DNA of 35,939 nt, from NCBI RefSeq assembly GCF_001194135.2, contig NC_068985.1, forward strand, positions 86,814,056 through 86,849,994. The letters run 5' to 3'. The translations under genes and the position numbers were made by a program. Below are positions 11,900-24,591 of the stretch, piece after piece (within the stretch, counting starts at the first letter, position 1; every line of letters starts with the position of its first letter). The stretch comes from Octopus bimaculoides. Its lineage: Eukaryota. The notes beneath the pieces were generated by a model. The model ran no database searches and had not been told where the DNA came from. It worked only from the letters and a program-made list of their open reading frames with translations.

Positions 11900-12149
11900 A
11901 GCAACTTTCACTTCTGTGACTAGTAATATGGAACTGGTCTTTGATGACACTTTGGTATTATTAGAGATCAGTGGAATGGATGTTATTCTTTTTTCTGATC
12001 ATAGATAAAAAACTTTTGGTTTGACTGTCATGTTTGTCTTCCCCTGGAAAGTTGAATTGCTAAAATCACACATTCATTGGTTTTCCTTTGAGTCTATTAT
12101 GTCTCAACGTTCCATTTTGCTCCCATTAATATGCCTGTGAACGTGTGTG

Positions 12150-12195
<46 letters not shown>

Positions 12196-12763
12196 CATAT
12201 TTGCCTGTTGGTATGTGTGTGTCTTTTCTCCTGTGCTTCGATTATGCCATCATAAAGGAGACTATGCTGAAGCACCGTCTTTGGAAATAAATGCTTTATA
12301 TATTTTGTGACATCCAAAGTCGTAGAATTTTTATACTTTTTTTTATGTGGCATCTATAGCTGGTTGAGCAACCAAATGTTGGAGAGTACCCCTTTTGGGT
12401 TGCAGCCTTTTGCAGATCTAGGATCTTGAGAGGAATTCATCTTGACGCACTGTAAAAGAATTGGCAGGTAACTTTGATTATGTTCTGCAAAATGTTTTAC
12501 AAGACAGTTGTCAAAGTGAGTGCTTTAATAAGCCATTGCTGTACAAGTTCCTCACACAAAAGTCTGTGAGAATGTCGGCTTCCAACATTATTTTCATTTT
12601 CTTTCAGGTTTTCTCTCTTTAAACAAATATTTGGAACAAGATTTTCAAGAATCTTCAACATACACATGATGGCATGCCATTGACATGAACGTTCCAAAGA
12701 ATGGAACTGTATTTCATTTGTAAGGGCTTTCTGCAATCTCTCTAGTTTGTAGATTTGGCTGAG
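11900..12763 (-). pseudogene. Large exon remnant: AAA2 small domain and AAA3
   Basis: Acceptor ttcttatctcctattag| at 12764. WHAIMCMLKILENL, then TTLDVTKYIKHLFPKTVLQHSLLYDG (cf. PTVDT.RY..LL....PVLL.G), then GKPMNV*F*QFNFPGEDKHDSQTKSFLSMIR (cf. GKK.V.FIDDLNMP..D.YG.Q.PIELLRQ). Stops, a frameshift and a (CA)n tract at ~12142-12192 lie inside it. Confidence 0.75.
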
Positions 12764-13144
12764 CTAATAGGAGATAAGAACAAGGAGCATTTTCCCTGCT
12801 TGTTGAGAAGAAATTTCCAGAATGTCGACATCACTGCCAGCTTTTCCCTCTCTCCCTACTTTTACTGCCTCTCTCTTCCCCCTACTCTCTCCCTAACTAC
12901 TAAGCTCTTGGCAGTTCCTGTCAAAAGCATACATTTTCATATATAGCTACATACAGGTTATGGGTCTGTTTAAAGTTTTGAAATATTTCGAATATAGCCT
13001 AAGGCTATAGTGGAGGAAACTTGTTCAAAGTGTCAGTCAGTGGGATTGAACTTCAGATGACATAGTTTGGAATTAGGCTTCTTAACCCATCAGCATATGT
13101 CTATAGCTGTGCCTGCACCTATGTTTGTGTGTGGGGGAGTGGAG

Positions 13145-13257
13145 TATAGGTAGGTAGGTAGGTAGGTAAATAAATAAATAAATAGTTAGATAGATAGAGG
13201 GATAGATATATAGATAGATAGATATATAGATAGACAGACAGACAGACAAATAGATAA

Positions 13258-13310
<53 letters not shown>

Positions 13311-13385
13311 TAAATAGATAGACAGACAGACGGACGGACGGACGGACGGACTGACGGACAGACAGACAGACAGATAGATAGATGT
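13145..13385. repeat. Compound tetranucleotide microsatellite (TAGG/TAAA/GATA/GACA/GACG)
   Basis: Visible directly in the sequence. Confidence 0.95.
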
Positions 13386-13869
13386 GCTATAGAAAATACA
13401 AATTTGGCAAAAAGATGAAACTCAAAATAAAAGATAAAATGGTTTTATTTTGTTCTAATTACAGAATGGGTTAATATATTTGCTACTTTGAGAGGAATTT
13501 ATTTGGCTGTGACAAACCTGAGAGATAGAATTAAAGTTAATGTTGCATATAACATGAGATTGAATTCTAGTCAAGAGGTTTTTTTTCTAAAATTGGTGAA
13601 ATGATGTTGATTACAGAAATTAACACACACGTGTGTCTGTTGAGATGGTTGTCTAAGTGTGTGTGTATGTGCTTGTGTTGGTGTGTGTGTGCGTGTATAC
13701 ATGCAGTTTGTCTGCATAAGTCTATCAAAGAAAGTATATGCGTGTGTGTGCATTCAACAAATATGGAACATGAATATGATGTCTGCAGTTATATTTGCCT
13801 TTCCAGATAAAGATACATAAATGAGTTTATATTGCAGCTATCCTATATTAGACAGTAAGTTAAACTAGT

Positions 13870-14340
13870 TCGATTGTAAAAAGCACTGAAAGAGGAAAAC
13901 CATTAACAGCAAATGTTGTCTGTTGGTTCTTTCAATGAATATCAGTAACTGAAGTCATATTAATGCTCAGCTGTTGACTATAAAGGCTTGCTGCACAACT
14001 CATCAGGCATGACAGCTGTTTCGCTGTATATTTGCTCTGATGTCAGTGTCACTGGTGCTAATATTCTTTTTATTTTATGTCACCAAATATGCTCAGTTCT
14101 ATAAGCTTTGGCTAAAAACTGATTGGTTGTCAATAAATCCAGCCAAAAGAGCAAATCAAACTTAAAATAAGCAGAAAATGAGGCCGCTTCCCTCTTCCCT
14201 TCTTTTATTTTATGTATTTGTATTCACTCTGATGAAGCTCCATATACTAGATCGAATGTGCTATAAAGATGACGAATACTATTTTGGGAATTTTCTTTTT
14301 AGGCACCAACTGACATTGGCAGCCAAAATGGCCGTAAGAA
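13870..14340 (-). pseudogene. Exon remnant: AAA2
   Basis: ALLAGF (shifted frame) / LTTNQFLAKAYRTEHIW*HKIKRILAPVTLTSEQIY resembles MLVG..G.GKT....LAKA...INPKA.T..QLYG. Walker A destroyed. Confidence 0.6.
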
Positions 14341-14444
14341 ATGTTATGCTGTTTTGTATTAAAAAATAATTAACCAATGTTGGTCAATTTGTTTTTTTGT
14401 TGATCAAAATTTTTCTCCATTTTCTACTTATTATGTATGTGTGC

Positions 14445-14490
<46 letters not shown>

Positions 14491-14734
14491 CTACACAGCC
14501 TTGGTATTTTATCTCATTACGAAAAGTAAATCCTTATATTCACACACTGATATATGACCTATGTTGGACCCCTTATTTGCATAATCACCGAACCTGGAGC
14601 ATAACTGTGGTCTATCCATAGCACTTACTCACCATTACCTGAAACCTCTGGGTCTCATTGACATCACTATCGCTCATAACCTCTCTCTCTCTCTCTCTCT
14701 CTCTNNNNNNNNNNATATGTACAACATGTACAAC

Positions 14735-14890
14735 AAGCTTCTTTCAGTTTCTGTCGACCAAATCAACTCATATGGCTTTGGTTGGCTTGCGCCTATAGTA
14801 GAAGACACTTGTTCAAGTTGCCACACAGAAGGACTGAACCTGGATCTATGTGGTTGGGAAGCAAACTTCTTCTGACACAGCCATGCCTGT
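14735..14890 (-). mobile_element. tRNA-derived SINE family B, degenerate copy
   Basis: ttctttcagtttctg..ctatagtagaagacacttg..ggactgaacctgg..acacagccatgcctg. Further degenerate copies at ~2140-2390, ~12950-13110 and ~32715-32850. Confidence 0.65.
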
Positions 14891-15817
14891 GTCTCCTTGG
14901 GTAATTAATTGAATCCGAAAGTGAACTCTATAATATTTCTGTGTTATTTATAGCAGTTTGCTTAAATGTAGACTTTAAATCACAAAGTTTCTATAAGATA
15001 GGTCCAATATTGTGGCTGAATACATATCAGTGTGTGTGTGTGTGGAGGGTGGGTGGGGGTCGGCGCTGAAAGAGCTGAATAGTAAAAATGGTATTTAAGG
15101 AATAATACAGAGTAAATTTGAAGTATTTGAAGTATCTTTGGTAATGACATCAATTGATGGCAGAAAGCTATAGAATTGAAGCCTGGTGTTCATTTGAGAT
15201 GGACAATAGGAAAAGCTGGAGGAGATGGATGTGTGTGAGGTTGGCTGTGTTTGCAGGACTGTGCGTGTATGCGTACCTGTCTGAATCTGTATGGAATGTG
15301 CTAGAATCGGTAGGGGTAGCTATTTTATGGATAAAGAGATTTAAGAAATATTTGAAACTAAATCTGGAATATGATTTTTCTTTGTTAGTGAAGTCAATTA
15401 CTGGTAGCTTATAGTAAAAACTAAAACCTAAAGTGCAAAGCCCAGGGTTTATAAGAGAATGGTTAAAGGGAGAAAGGGGGAATATGGGAACATGGAAGAA
15501 TTTTGAAGTGGAATGTATTATTTGCATGTGAGTATAAGGGTATGGGGCTTGTAGTGATGGGTATGTCCATGTGTTAATATGGAAATGTATAAGTTCGTAT
15601 ATATAAATTGTTATACATCTGCATATATTTAAGCATATTGATAGACATACATAGACATTAGAAGAAGCACAAATATATGCAGTTAAAGATGTGAGTGTAT
15701 GACGTTTCAAGTGCATGCTCTTTGACAGAAAGGATTGAGATAAAAAAAACAGAGAGAGAATGAAAAGAAATGGAGAGAGAAACAAAATGTGTCGCATGTT
15801 TTACAGCCGAAATTTTA

Positions 15818-15848
<31 letters not shown>

Positions 15849-16184
15849 CATATACACACACACACATACATGTAGACATACATACAAACACACAGTGTTT
15901 AGGGTGTTGCACTCACGATTGCTAGATCATGTGCTTGATTCGCAAACCAAGCAGTACATTGTGATCTTGAGCAAAACACTTCACTTCATGTTGCTCCAGT
16001 CTACTCAGCCATAAATGTATCACCCTGTGACAGACTAACCTTCCAATCAAAAAGAATGTTGGCCTGCCTTGCTGGTCTGGTGGCATCATTCAAAAGCTAA
16101 AATAATACAAAGCGCATTGTGACCAGTGATGTATAACAAAATCCGATAGTCTGGTCAATACTTTCATACTGAGATATACACACA

Positions 16185-16215
<31 letters not shown>

Positions 16216-16672
16216 TGTGTGTGTGTGTGTGTGTGTGTGTGTCTGTCTGTCTGTGCGTACATATGTGTATGCATGTATAAATTTACATATATACATACAT
16301 GTACATGTGTTTGTGTGTGTCTACATATGTGTGTGTATGTATGTACATATATGTATGTGTATATTTACATATATATACACATGTATATGTGTCTGTATAC
16401 ACACACACGCGCACAAGCATATACATACATCGAAAGTCAAGCACACATACAAATAAACAACATTGTTTATTTATTTATGTTTCAATAGCATGTTTCTGGT
16501 GAATGACAGGAGAAATCCCACCCAACCCCCTTCCAAACTGCTACATAAATGTCCTGCAACATGCAATGACTGTAACAATTGATCGACAATGTGAAATAAC
16601 CTTGTATTGTTATAGTAAACTAGCATGACATGATTCCATCTGTGCTTGTGTGTGTGAGTATATTTTACAAAG

Positions 16673-16704
<32 letters not shown>

Positions 16705-17256
16705 NNNNNNNNNNNNNNNNNNNNNNNNNNNNNNNNNNNNNNNNNNNNNNNNNNNNNNNNNNNNNNNNNNNNNNNNNNNNNNNNNNNNNNNNNNNNNNNN
16801 NNNNNNNNNNNNNNNNNNNNNNNNNNNNNNNNNNNNNNNNNNNNNNNNNNNNNNNNNNNNNNNNNNNNNNNNNNNNNNNNNNNNNNNNNNNNNNNNNNNN
16901 NNNNNNNNNNNNNNNNNNNNNNNNNNNNNNNNNNNNNNNNNNNNNNNNNNNNNNNNNNNNNNNNNNNNNNNNNNNNNNNNNNNNNNNNNNNNNNNNNNNN
17001 NNNNNNNNNNNNNNNNNNNNNNNNNNNNNNNNNNNNNNNNNNNNNNNNNNNNNNNNNNNNNNNNNNNNNNNNNNNNNNNNNNNNNNNNNNNNNNNNNNNN
17101 NNNNNNNNNNNNNNNNNNNNNNNNNNNNNNNNNNNNNNNNNNNNNNNNNNNNNNNNNNNNNNNNNNNNNNNNNNNNNNNNNNNNNNNNNNNNNNNNNNNN
17201 NNNNNNNNNNNNNNNNNNNNNNNNNNNNNNNNNNNNNNNNNNNNNNNNNNNNNNNN
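16705..17256. other. Assembly gap (largest N-run in the window; others at ~1182, 1634, 2997, 8996, 14705, 18302, 28608, 29601, 30871, 34593)
   Basis: Runs of N, mostly flanked by (TA)n microsatellites. Confidence 0.99.
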
Positions 17257-17899
17257 TCTACTAAACACACACTCATACACACACGTATATATATATATAT
17301 ACGTGTGTGTATGAGTGTGTGTTTAGTAGAAATATGTGGGTGAATATTAAACTGAGTGAAAAGCAAATATTGGAAATAATTTATAAGGAAATCAGGTGAT
17401 GGAATGGCACAGTTTTGAAGAGCAACGAGAGTGGAGACTAAAAGGATGATTGTGTAGGTGTAGAGATTAGTGAGAGACAAGGGGATTAGCTGAGAGATGG
17501 GGGGAGATTAAGGAGTCCGAATGACAGAAATGTATTATGAATAAGTGAGACAAACATTGAGGTTTCTATGGTAAGTTAAAGTGAAATTGAGGAGAGTAAA
17601 TGGACAGAAGAGAATAAGAGTACAGTAGTTTGTGAGTGCATCTCACAACATAATTGTATGTTTATGTATATAACCTTATTTTTGTTCCATTCTTAACCAA
17701 AACTGTCTGACGATTGGGAACTTGAAACTCTGAGTAACAGTTTTTCTGAGGCATTTGCAGCTTTATTAAAAAAAGCATATATATATGTTGTGTAAGATAT
17801 TAGAGGCACTTCTGGTAATTACGTCAGTATGTATGGCCCTTGTTATAAGGTATATGGTAGTGGGTAATTTAAAGGTAAACCATAGTTTCATGCATATAT

Positions 17900-18301
17900 A
17901 GATGATAAGAAAATGGAAAAATAAATAACAATGAGAAGTGGATCTATTTAATTAGTTAAGACGAGAGTTAGAGTGAGTTTACAGCTGTTTCCATATATCA
18001 GACAGACTGAGGTAAATATGTATTTACCTCGTTGCAAACGATAGACATCATCAGAATGAAAAAGCCAAAGACAAACAAAGAAGAGAATAGAGCGTCCTCA
18101 CACTAGTTTTTGCTCTATTCTCCTCTTTGTTTCTCTTTGTCTTTTTCGTTCTGATGCTGTCTATCGTTTGCAACAAGGTAAATACATATTTACCTCAGCC
18201 TGATATATGGAAACAGCTGTAAACTCAAACTCTCATCTTTCTTAACTAATTAAATAGATCCACTTCTCATTGTTATTTATTTTTCCATTTTCTTGTCGTC
18301 T
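17900..18301. repeat. Fold-back inverted repeat (MITE-like) in TA microsatellite context
   Basis: Arms ~17900-18093 and ~18112-18301 are near reverse complements around an 18-nt spacer. Confidence 0.85.
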
Positions 18302-18409
18302 NNNNNNNNNNTATATATATATATATATACATACATACATACATATCTATATATGTATACACACACACACTCATATATATATGTACGTATGTATATAAAC
18401 ACACACACA

Positions 18410-18562
18410 ATGCCAACCGTTAGGAAGGGCTTCCAGCTGTGGAAACCATTCTAAATCAGTCTAGAACTTGATGCAGTGCTCCATCTTGTCAGCTCTGGTC
18501 AAATCTTCCAACCCATGCTAATGCCAGTATGGAAAATGGATGTTAAAGGATGATGATGATGA
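18410..18562 (+). mobile_element. SINE-like repeat family A copy
   Basis: ttaggaagggcttccagctgtggaaacc..atggaaaatggatgttaaaggatgatgatgat. Confidence 0.7.
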
Positions 18563-19229
18563 ATTTGAATATGATCCATAGATAAGGCTTTCAATTGACC
18601 AAGAACAATAGTTGGGATTGAACTTAAGACCATGTGGTTACAAAGTAAACTTTTCAGCCACAAAAGCTATGCCTGAACCTGGAGAGCAGGTGAAGGCTGT
18701 CTGAAAAATGGAGAGAAAAGGAGAAAACGAAAGTCTTCATTTGGTTCCTATTAGGATCTCTTCTAATGATTTATGCGAGAAATTAAAGATAACAGACACC
18801 ATAAACAACAGAAGAATTTTGGAAGATAAATCATCCTAATGAAGATGACAATTATAGAATAGACATAGAAAATAGCATCAATTCACCTTGAACTATGGTA
18901 AATCTTGGTCTGTTATTCCTTATTTAACCATATTTCTAATTAAAGACATCATATGTGTGAATAAAGTTTGAAAAGAATCTAGAGTTTGCAGATATTTAGT
19001 GAAATAACTTTGTCATTATTAATTTTATATTTGGAACATCATTGAAGAGAAAGGGTTTCACGTAAAATTTTGAAATCTTTTAATTGAAGAATGAATTGTT
19101 TAAAATTTAGACAATGTATGAGAAGAAGGGTGTTGGTTTTGGTGGGTGAGGTTGATAGGTTGGTAGCAAAGAGCTGAAGTCTTTCATTTTTAATCAAAGA
19201 AATCATTATTCAGAAATTAAATTAAATCA

Positions 19230-19460
19230 AATTGAATTAAATGTATTTGTAGATAACATAGGATTGAAAAGCAAATCTTTACATGTTCAACATTTGAAAT
19301 GTTTTCATCTTTTTTTGATCCCTGCGTGTCATAAGGAGTTACAAAAGGGGTTGCTATGAAGAAGGGCACAAAAGGGGTTGCTGTGAAGAAGGGGTTTAAA
19401 ACACTGCTTTGAAAACTCTCATTCAACACACGCCTGCATGGAGAAGCAGATGTAACAACA
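19230..19460 (-). pseudogene. Possible exon remnant: AAA1 lid
   Basis: RRVLNESFQSSVLNPFF..ISNVEHVKICF weakly resembles IL.RALRD.NLPKF..D..LF..I..DLFP. Contains a short tandem duplication. Order fits. Confidence 0.3.
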
Positions 19461-19464
19461 TTTT

Positions 19465-19495
<31 letters not shown>

Positions 19496-20001
19496 GATGA
19501 TGACGATTATGATTGACAACGATGATGATGATGATGATAATGATGATGATGATTTGACAAGGATGATGATGATGATAATGATGATGATAATGATTTGACG
19601 AGGATGATAATGATGATGAGGAAGAGAAGAAGTGGAGGAAAGCAGAGAGGAAGTTGATGATGATGATGATGATTGTGGTGATGGTGGGGATGAAAAAGAT
19701 GATACTGATGGTGATGATAACAAGGATTTTGATGGTGGTGGTGGTGTTTAGACTAGGTAGAGAGGACAGGATAGAGGCACTAGTCAAGAAAGAAGCCTTT
19801 ATAGTGATTAGAGATTATAAACCAAACTTTCCTTCAACACCAAAGTGCTGCCTGTTCAACTCTATCCTTTTTGTCTTATCTGTTCGGATGCTTTGCTGTC
19901 GCCTGTTACATTATTGTTCCAGTTTCTGTTTTCTTTTATATATATGTATATATATATTGTTTTATTTGTTTCAGTCACATACATATACATATATACATAT
20001 A

Positions 20002-20159
20002 TGACAGGCTTCTTTCAGTTTCTGTCTACCAAATCCACTCACAAGGCTTTGGTCAGCCTGAAGCTATAGTAGGAGACACTTGCCCAAGATGCCATGCAGT
20101 GGGACTGAACCTGGAACCATGTGGATGATAAGCAAGCTACTTACCACACAGCCACTCCT
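20002..20159 (-). mobile_element. tRNA-derived SINE family B, 5' half
   Basis: Reverse complement of 30706-30870. Confidence 0.8.
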
Positions 20160-20169
20160 ATATAGACTA

Positions 20170-20499
20170 GGGCACCCTGTCACTTATGACGACAAGGGTT
20201 CCAGTTGATCCGAGCAATGGAACAGGCTGCTCATGAAAATGATGTGCAAGTGGTTGAGAATTCCACAGACACGTGTACTCTTAACATAGATTACAGGTAC
20301 AACAGGAAGAAAGAGTGAGAGAAAAATGTGGTGAAAGTGTGCAGCAGGGTTCACCAACCACCCACCCACCTGCTAGAGCCTCGTGGAGCTTTAGGTGTTT
20401 TTGCTCAATAAACACTCACAATGCCTGGTCTGGGAATCAAAACCGCGATCCTTTGACTGTGAGTTCGCTACATTAACCACTGGGCCATTGAGCCTCCAC
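20170..20499 (-). mobile_element. tRNA-derived SINE family C
   Basis: Minus-strand head gtggaggctcaatggcccagtggttaa..ggttttgattcccagacc with A/B-box-like motifs, followed by a distinct body. Confidence 0.65.
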
Positions 20500-20649
20500 T
20501 CTATATGTATATATATATATATGTATATATACACACACACACACATACATACATACATACACTCATATATATATATATATGTACATATGTATATATCTTG
20601 TTACAAATCTATATAAACACTATACCATCCAGATATATGTGTATGAGTG

Positions 20650-20880
20650 GGCTTTCTATGTTTGTAAGAATTGGTCCCAGACAATATCAATGATTTCATT
20701 ATTGCCACCTTTCAACTTTAAAACTACAGTTCCACTTTCTCAGTGATATCATAATGTTGGGTCTTAACCCACCAGCAGTGACTGGTCCATTAAGTTTCTC
20801 GAAATCAAACAACACACTTCACTTCTTCTAATGAAAGTCTCGCAGGAGAATAGAATTTCCAATAACAAAGATCAACACAC
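20650..20880 (-). pseudogene. Exon remnant: AAA1 small domain
   Basis: WKFYSPARLSLEE..KTQHYDITEK..AIMKSLILSG matches K...Y.L.SEQLS.Q.HYDFG.RA.KSVL..AG. Several stops. Confidence 0.6.
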
Positions 20881-21579
20881 TTAATTTATAGTATTTATCA
20901 ATTTAATATTCACATTATACACTCTCAGTTAGGTATGTCTGTGTATATGTGTACGTGTGTATATGTGTGTATGTCTGTATATGTGTGTGCAGACACAGAC
21001 ATATTATGTATGCATACAAACACACAAACATATCTATACACTCATGAATATGCGCACACTTGTACATACACTCACACACACATGCTTACATATAGACATA
21101 CGTATATACATACATACATATACACATAGATATATATATAATTTATTTACTGAAGCTAGCTCAAGCTAGAGAGGAAAATGTAATAACCAGTAAAAAGTAA
21201 GTAAAGCTGTATTGATGGTGATGATGATGATGATGATGATGATGATGTTGGTGGTGGTGACAATGATAATGATGATGACTGCTATAACGATGAGGATGAG
21301 GATGAGAAAAGGAAGAAGAATAAGAAGAAGAAGGAAAAGGAGAAAGAGGAGGAGGAGAAGATGGGGAAGAATAAGATTAAGAATATAAACAACAAAAACA
21401 ACAAGAAACAAGCAAAAAAGAATCATTAGAAACAAAAAACAAAAAACAAAAAACCGAAATATTATTTTGCTCAATCTAAATTTTCATTTAGTTTTGTTTG
21501 TTTACTTAGAGAATTGTAAATACACAATTATTTGAGTTAGTGAAAAATTAATTTATAAATAATTTCATTATTAATTGCC

Positions 21580-21740
21580 CTTTTTTTTTTCTATAATGGA
21601 TCAAATAAATTTCTCTATCAATAAATTAACTAATCTGTTCAAAAGTTAATGTCTTTTTATTTCTCCAATTTCATCTCTGAAGAGATTGGAATATTTTGGA
21701 ATGGCACTCTCAAGATTCCTAATGATGATCATCAACAAGA
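21580..21740 (-). pseudogene. Possible exon remnant: AAA1 sensor region
   Basis: RNLESAIPKYSNLFRDEIGEIKRH*LLNRLVNLLIEKF resembles ELP.NLK.LFRP.AM..PD..LIAEI.L...GF. Confidence 0.45.
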
Positions 21741-21859
21741 ATGGCTGTGTGGTTAACGAGGATGCTCCTAGAGCCATGCAATTCCTGGTTTGATTCCATT
21801 GTACAACACTTTGGTAAAGTGACTTGCTAAATAAATAAAATAATAATCATCACAAAGGT

Positions 21860-22300
21860 GTTTAATGTCTGCTTTCGATGCTGGCATGGGTTTGACGATT
21901 TGACTGAGGACTGGCAAGCCAGCAGGCTGCACCAGCCTCCAATCTGATCTGGCAGAGTTTCTACAGCTGGATACCCTTCCTAACGCCAACCATGCCGAGA
22001 ATGTAGTAGGTGCTTTTACGTGCCACCAGCATGAAGGCCAATCACAAAGTACTGGCAACGGCCTCGCTCAAAAGGTGTTTTTTACATGCCACTTGCATGG
22101 GAGCCAGTCCAGCGGCACTGGCAACGACCTCGCTCGAATGATTTTCTAACATACCACCAGCACAAGTGCTAGAAGGCAATGCTGGTAACGATTACGCTCT
22201 AATGGTGCTATTGACGGGCCACTAGCATGAAAGCCAGACAGCTGCTCTGGCAATGAACACGCTCGACAGTGCTGTTAGTGCTCCACTGGCGCGGTGACCA
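21860..22300 (-). mobile_element. SINE-like repeat family A copy
   Basis: gctggcatgggtttgacgatttgactgagg..ctacagctggatacccttcctaacgccaacc..ggtgcttttacgtgccacc. Confidence 0.75.
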
Positions 22301-22827
22301 GTCATCGAGTATAGTTCAATTTCGATTTCACTTGCCCCAACAGGCCTTCGCAAGCAGAGTTTAGTGTCCAAATGGTTAAGGTTAAACAAATGACAATCGA
22401 AATCTGTGGTCTTGAGCAGAATATTTGCTGTAGACCATCTTTTATACCATGACAAAACAATGTACATGATAGCACCTCCAATCAGTTAAGATAAGAAGCC
22501 ATGAGATCCACTGCCTGGCAGGGTTGACTTTGCCTTTCATCCTTTCAGGGTTGATAAAATAAGCACCAGTTGAACACTGAGGCCACTGTAATTGACTTAA
22601 CCCTCACTGTAAAATTGCTGACCTTGTGCTAAAATTTGAAAGCATCCTACCCTTCGTCCCCTTTTCTCAGTACTGTGCTCTTATTTTGGTGTATTGAACT
22701 TTTCCTTCTGTATACTGAACTCTTCCTTTTATAAACTGAGCTCCCATTTTTGTTTGCTGAAATCTTATTTTAGTTTCTTAAGATCCTTCATCTTTCTGGT
22801 TCCTTATTTATCTGTTCTGATCTGATG

Positions 22828-23035
22828 CAATAATCCCTCGACTATCATGGGTGTTATGTTCCAAAACCTCCCACAGAAATAATTAAAATCTAAAACAAAA
22901 TATAAATACCTATCAGCCACAGAAACCGGTAATATGTTAGGGAGTCCGCGATATAAATTTACATATATTAGCCAGAAAAATCCACGCTGTATTGAGTGCA
23001 TGATTAGTGAACCGTGATATGGTGAAGGATTAGAG
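22828..23035. mobile_element. pogo/Tigger-like MITE (Tc1/mariner superfamily)
   Basis: Degenerate TIRs caataatccctcgactatc.. / ..gatatggtgaaggattagag. TA at the right flank, TG at the left. ~208 bp, non-coding. Confidence 0.65.
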
Positions 23036-24469
23036 TATTTCTTTATACCGAACTCTCCTTTCTTTGCTCTCATCCCTTATTTCCCTCTCTACCGAGATCT
23101 CCATTTTCTTTTCTGAGCTCATCGCTTCCTCTGGTGAATTCTCTTTTTTGTATCCTGAGATCTTGTATCTCTTTACTGAAGGTGGTGGTGGTGGTGATGG
23201 TGGAGTCTTTCTTTCATGTCTTCAACTCTTCTTTTTCTTTGATGAGGTGTTTTCCATTCATTATGTTTGCATTTCTATTGAATCTTTTGATGTATTTCAC
23301 TTGCAAGTCTTTCTGCACAGCTTTGAAATGTGACATGAGTAAATCACAAAACACAGTCTTCAGCAACATAATTGCATATCAGTTATGCTACCTAATTGTT
23401 ATTTAGCCTCAGGTCAACAAGGTGGGGCAAACCCCAAGCCAGATTTGCATTAGCCATACTTATTTCAGCTTCAGTGGGATTAAAACTACATTATGTTATG
23501 TATCTGATCATCTTGTTTAGTCCCAGGTCAGCCCTGCACAAGTAGGTCTGATGTGAAAATCATTCCAACCGTGACCATCTCGTTTGTTTTTGATACATGA
23601 AAATATCCAAAAGTATTTCAAAAGCCATCTTATATTAAATTTTACTGGTTTAATCTGGAGCAAGGAACTGTCCCCTTGATATTTGAGTCCCTGGTCCAGA
23701 CTGGTGCATCTTTTGTTTTTAAAACAGTAGAGTGTTTTTTGAGAGCGACGAAACTGCTATTTCTAGCAAGCTGGATGACCCCTAAAGAAGCTCCTTTGTT
23801 GTCTCTTAAGTTAGCCTTTTTGTAATCATTTATTTCGTGTTAGCTCTTGGCTCACACGACAGACTTCGTCTAACCAATATTTGCTCTCTTTCAAATCCAA
23901 TTTATCACACAATAACAACATAACAACATGCCAACATCATCCAAATTTGTCAATTGATAATTATATCTCTTCTCATCCTCTTTTATTTCTTGTCTTTCGT
24001 TTCCTTCACACTGATTCCCCCCCCCCCCCTTTTTTCTTTTTTTTCTCTCTCGCCCACCTCTCTTCATTGTTGTTCGGCCACTCTTGATCTTCTTTTCATG
24101 TTACTTCATTTTCGATCTTGTTTCATCATTTTACTAAAATAAAACGAAATAAATTAAAAAGACCAGGAAAACAAAAGCTAAAAAGCATGAACTATGGTTA
24201 AAAATAAACTTTAAAACAAAAATCAATCCCATGATCAGTTCTTCAATAAAATTTTAAGCACTTAAAATATTCAAACAATCAATTATCTCAATTGTAAAAT
24301 TGAATTTTTAACAGTATTTTTCTGATTGCAGTTTTGACAGGGCTTAACACCCTCCTTCTTATTTATTTAGTTTTTCACTGGTTTTGTATATTTATTTACT
24401 TCTTTTTTAGCTTCTTTCTCTGTGTTTTTCTTTTTTTTTTTCCTTTTTTTATTTCTTTTTGTTTGCAAA

Positions 24470-24591
24470 AAAATTTTCTTTTTAATTTTGTTTCAGCTGC
24501 CAAATATTCCATTTTCGAATTTTAATGAAAATCTGCTAAACCAAAATATAAGAGACAGCCTGATGGATCATAATTGTGAAAATATATGGTG
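24470..24591 (-). pseudogene. Possible exon remnant: AAA1 after Walker B
   Basis: Strong acceptor (long T tract ..cttctgcag|). TIYFHNYDPSGCLLYFGLADFH* resembles I.L.P.C.IFITMNP. Confidence 0.45.

Noticed and set aside
15168-15797. Longest gap-free ORF (209 aa, minus strand)
   Set aside because: Low-complexity, biased composition, no recognisable domain or splice context. A faint PTDS resemblance to Penelope RT is too weak to call.
18745-18835. RISSNDLCEKLKITDTINNRR resembling a LINE ORF2 C-terminus
   Set aside because: Too short, and the diagnostic RLRW.GH motif is missing.
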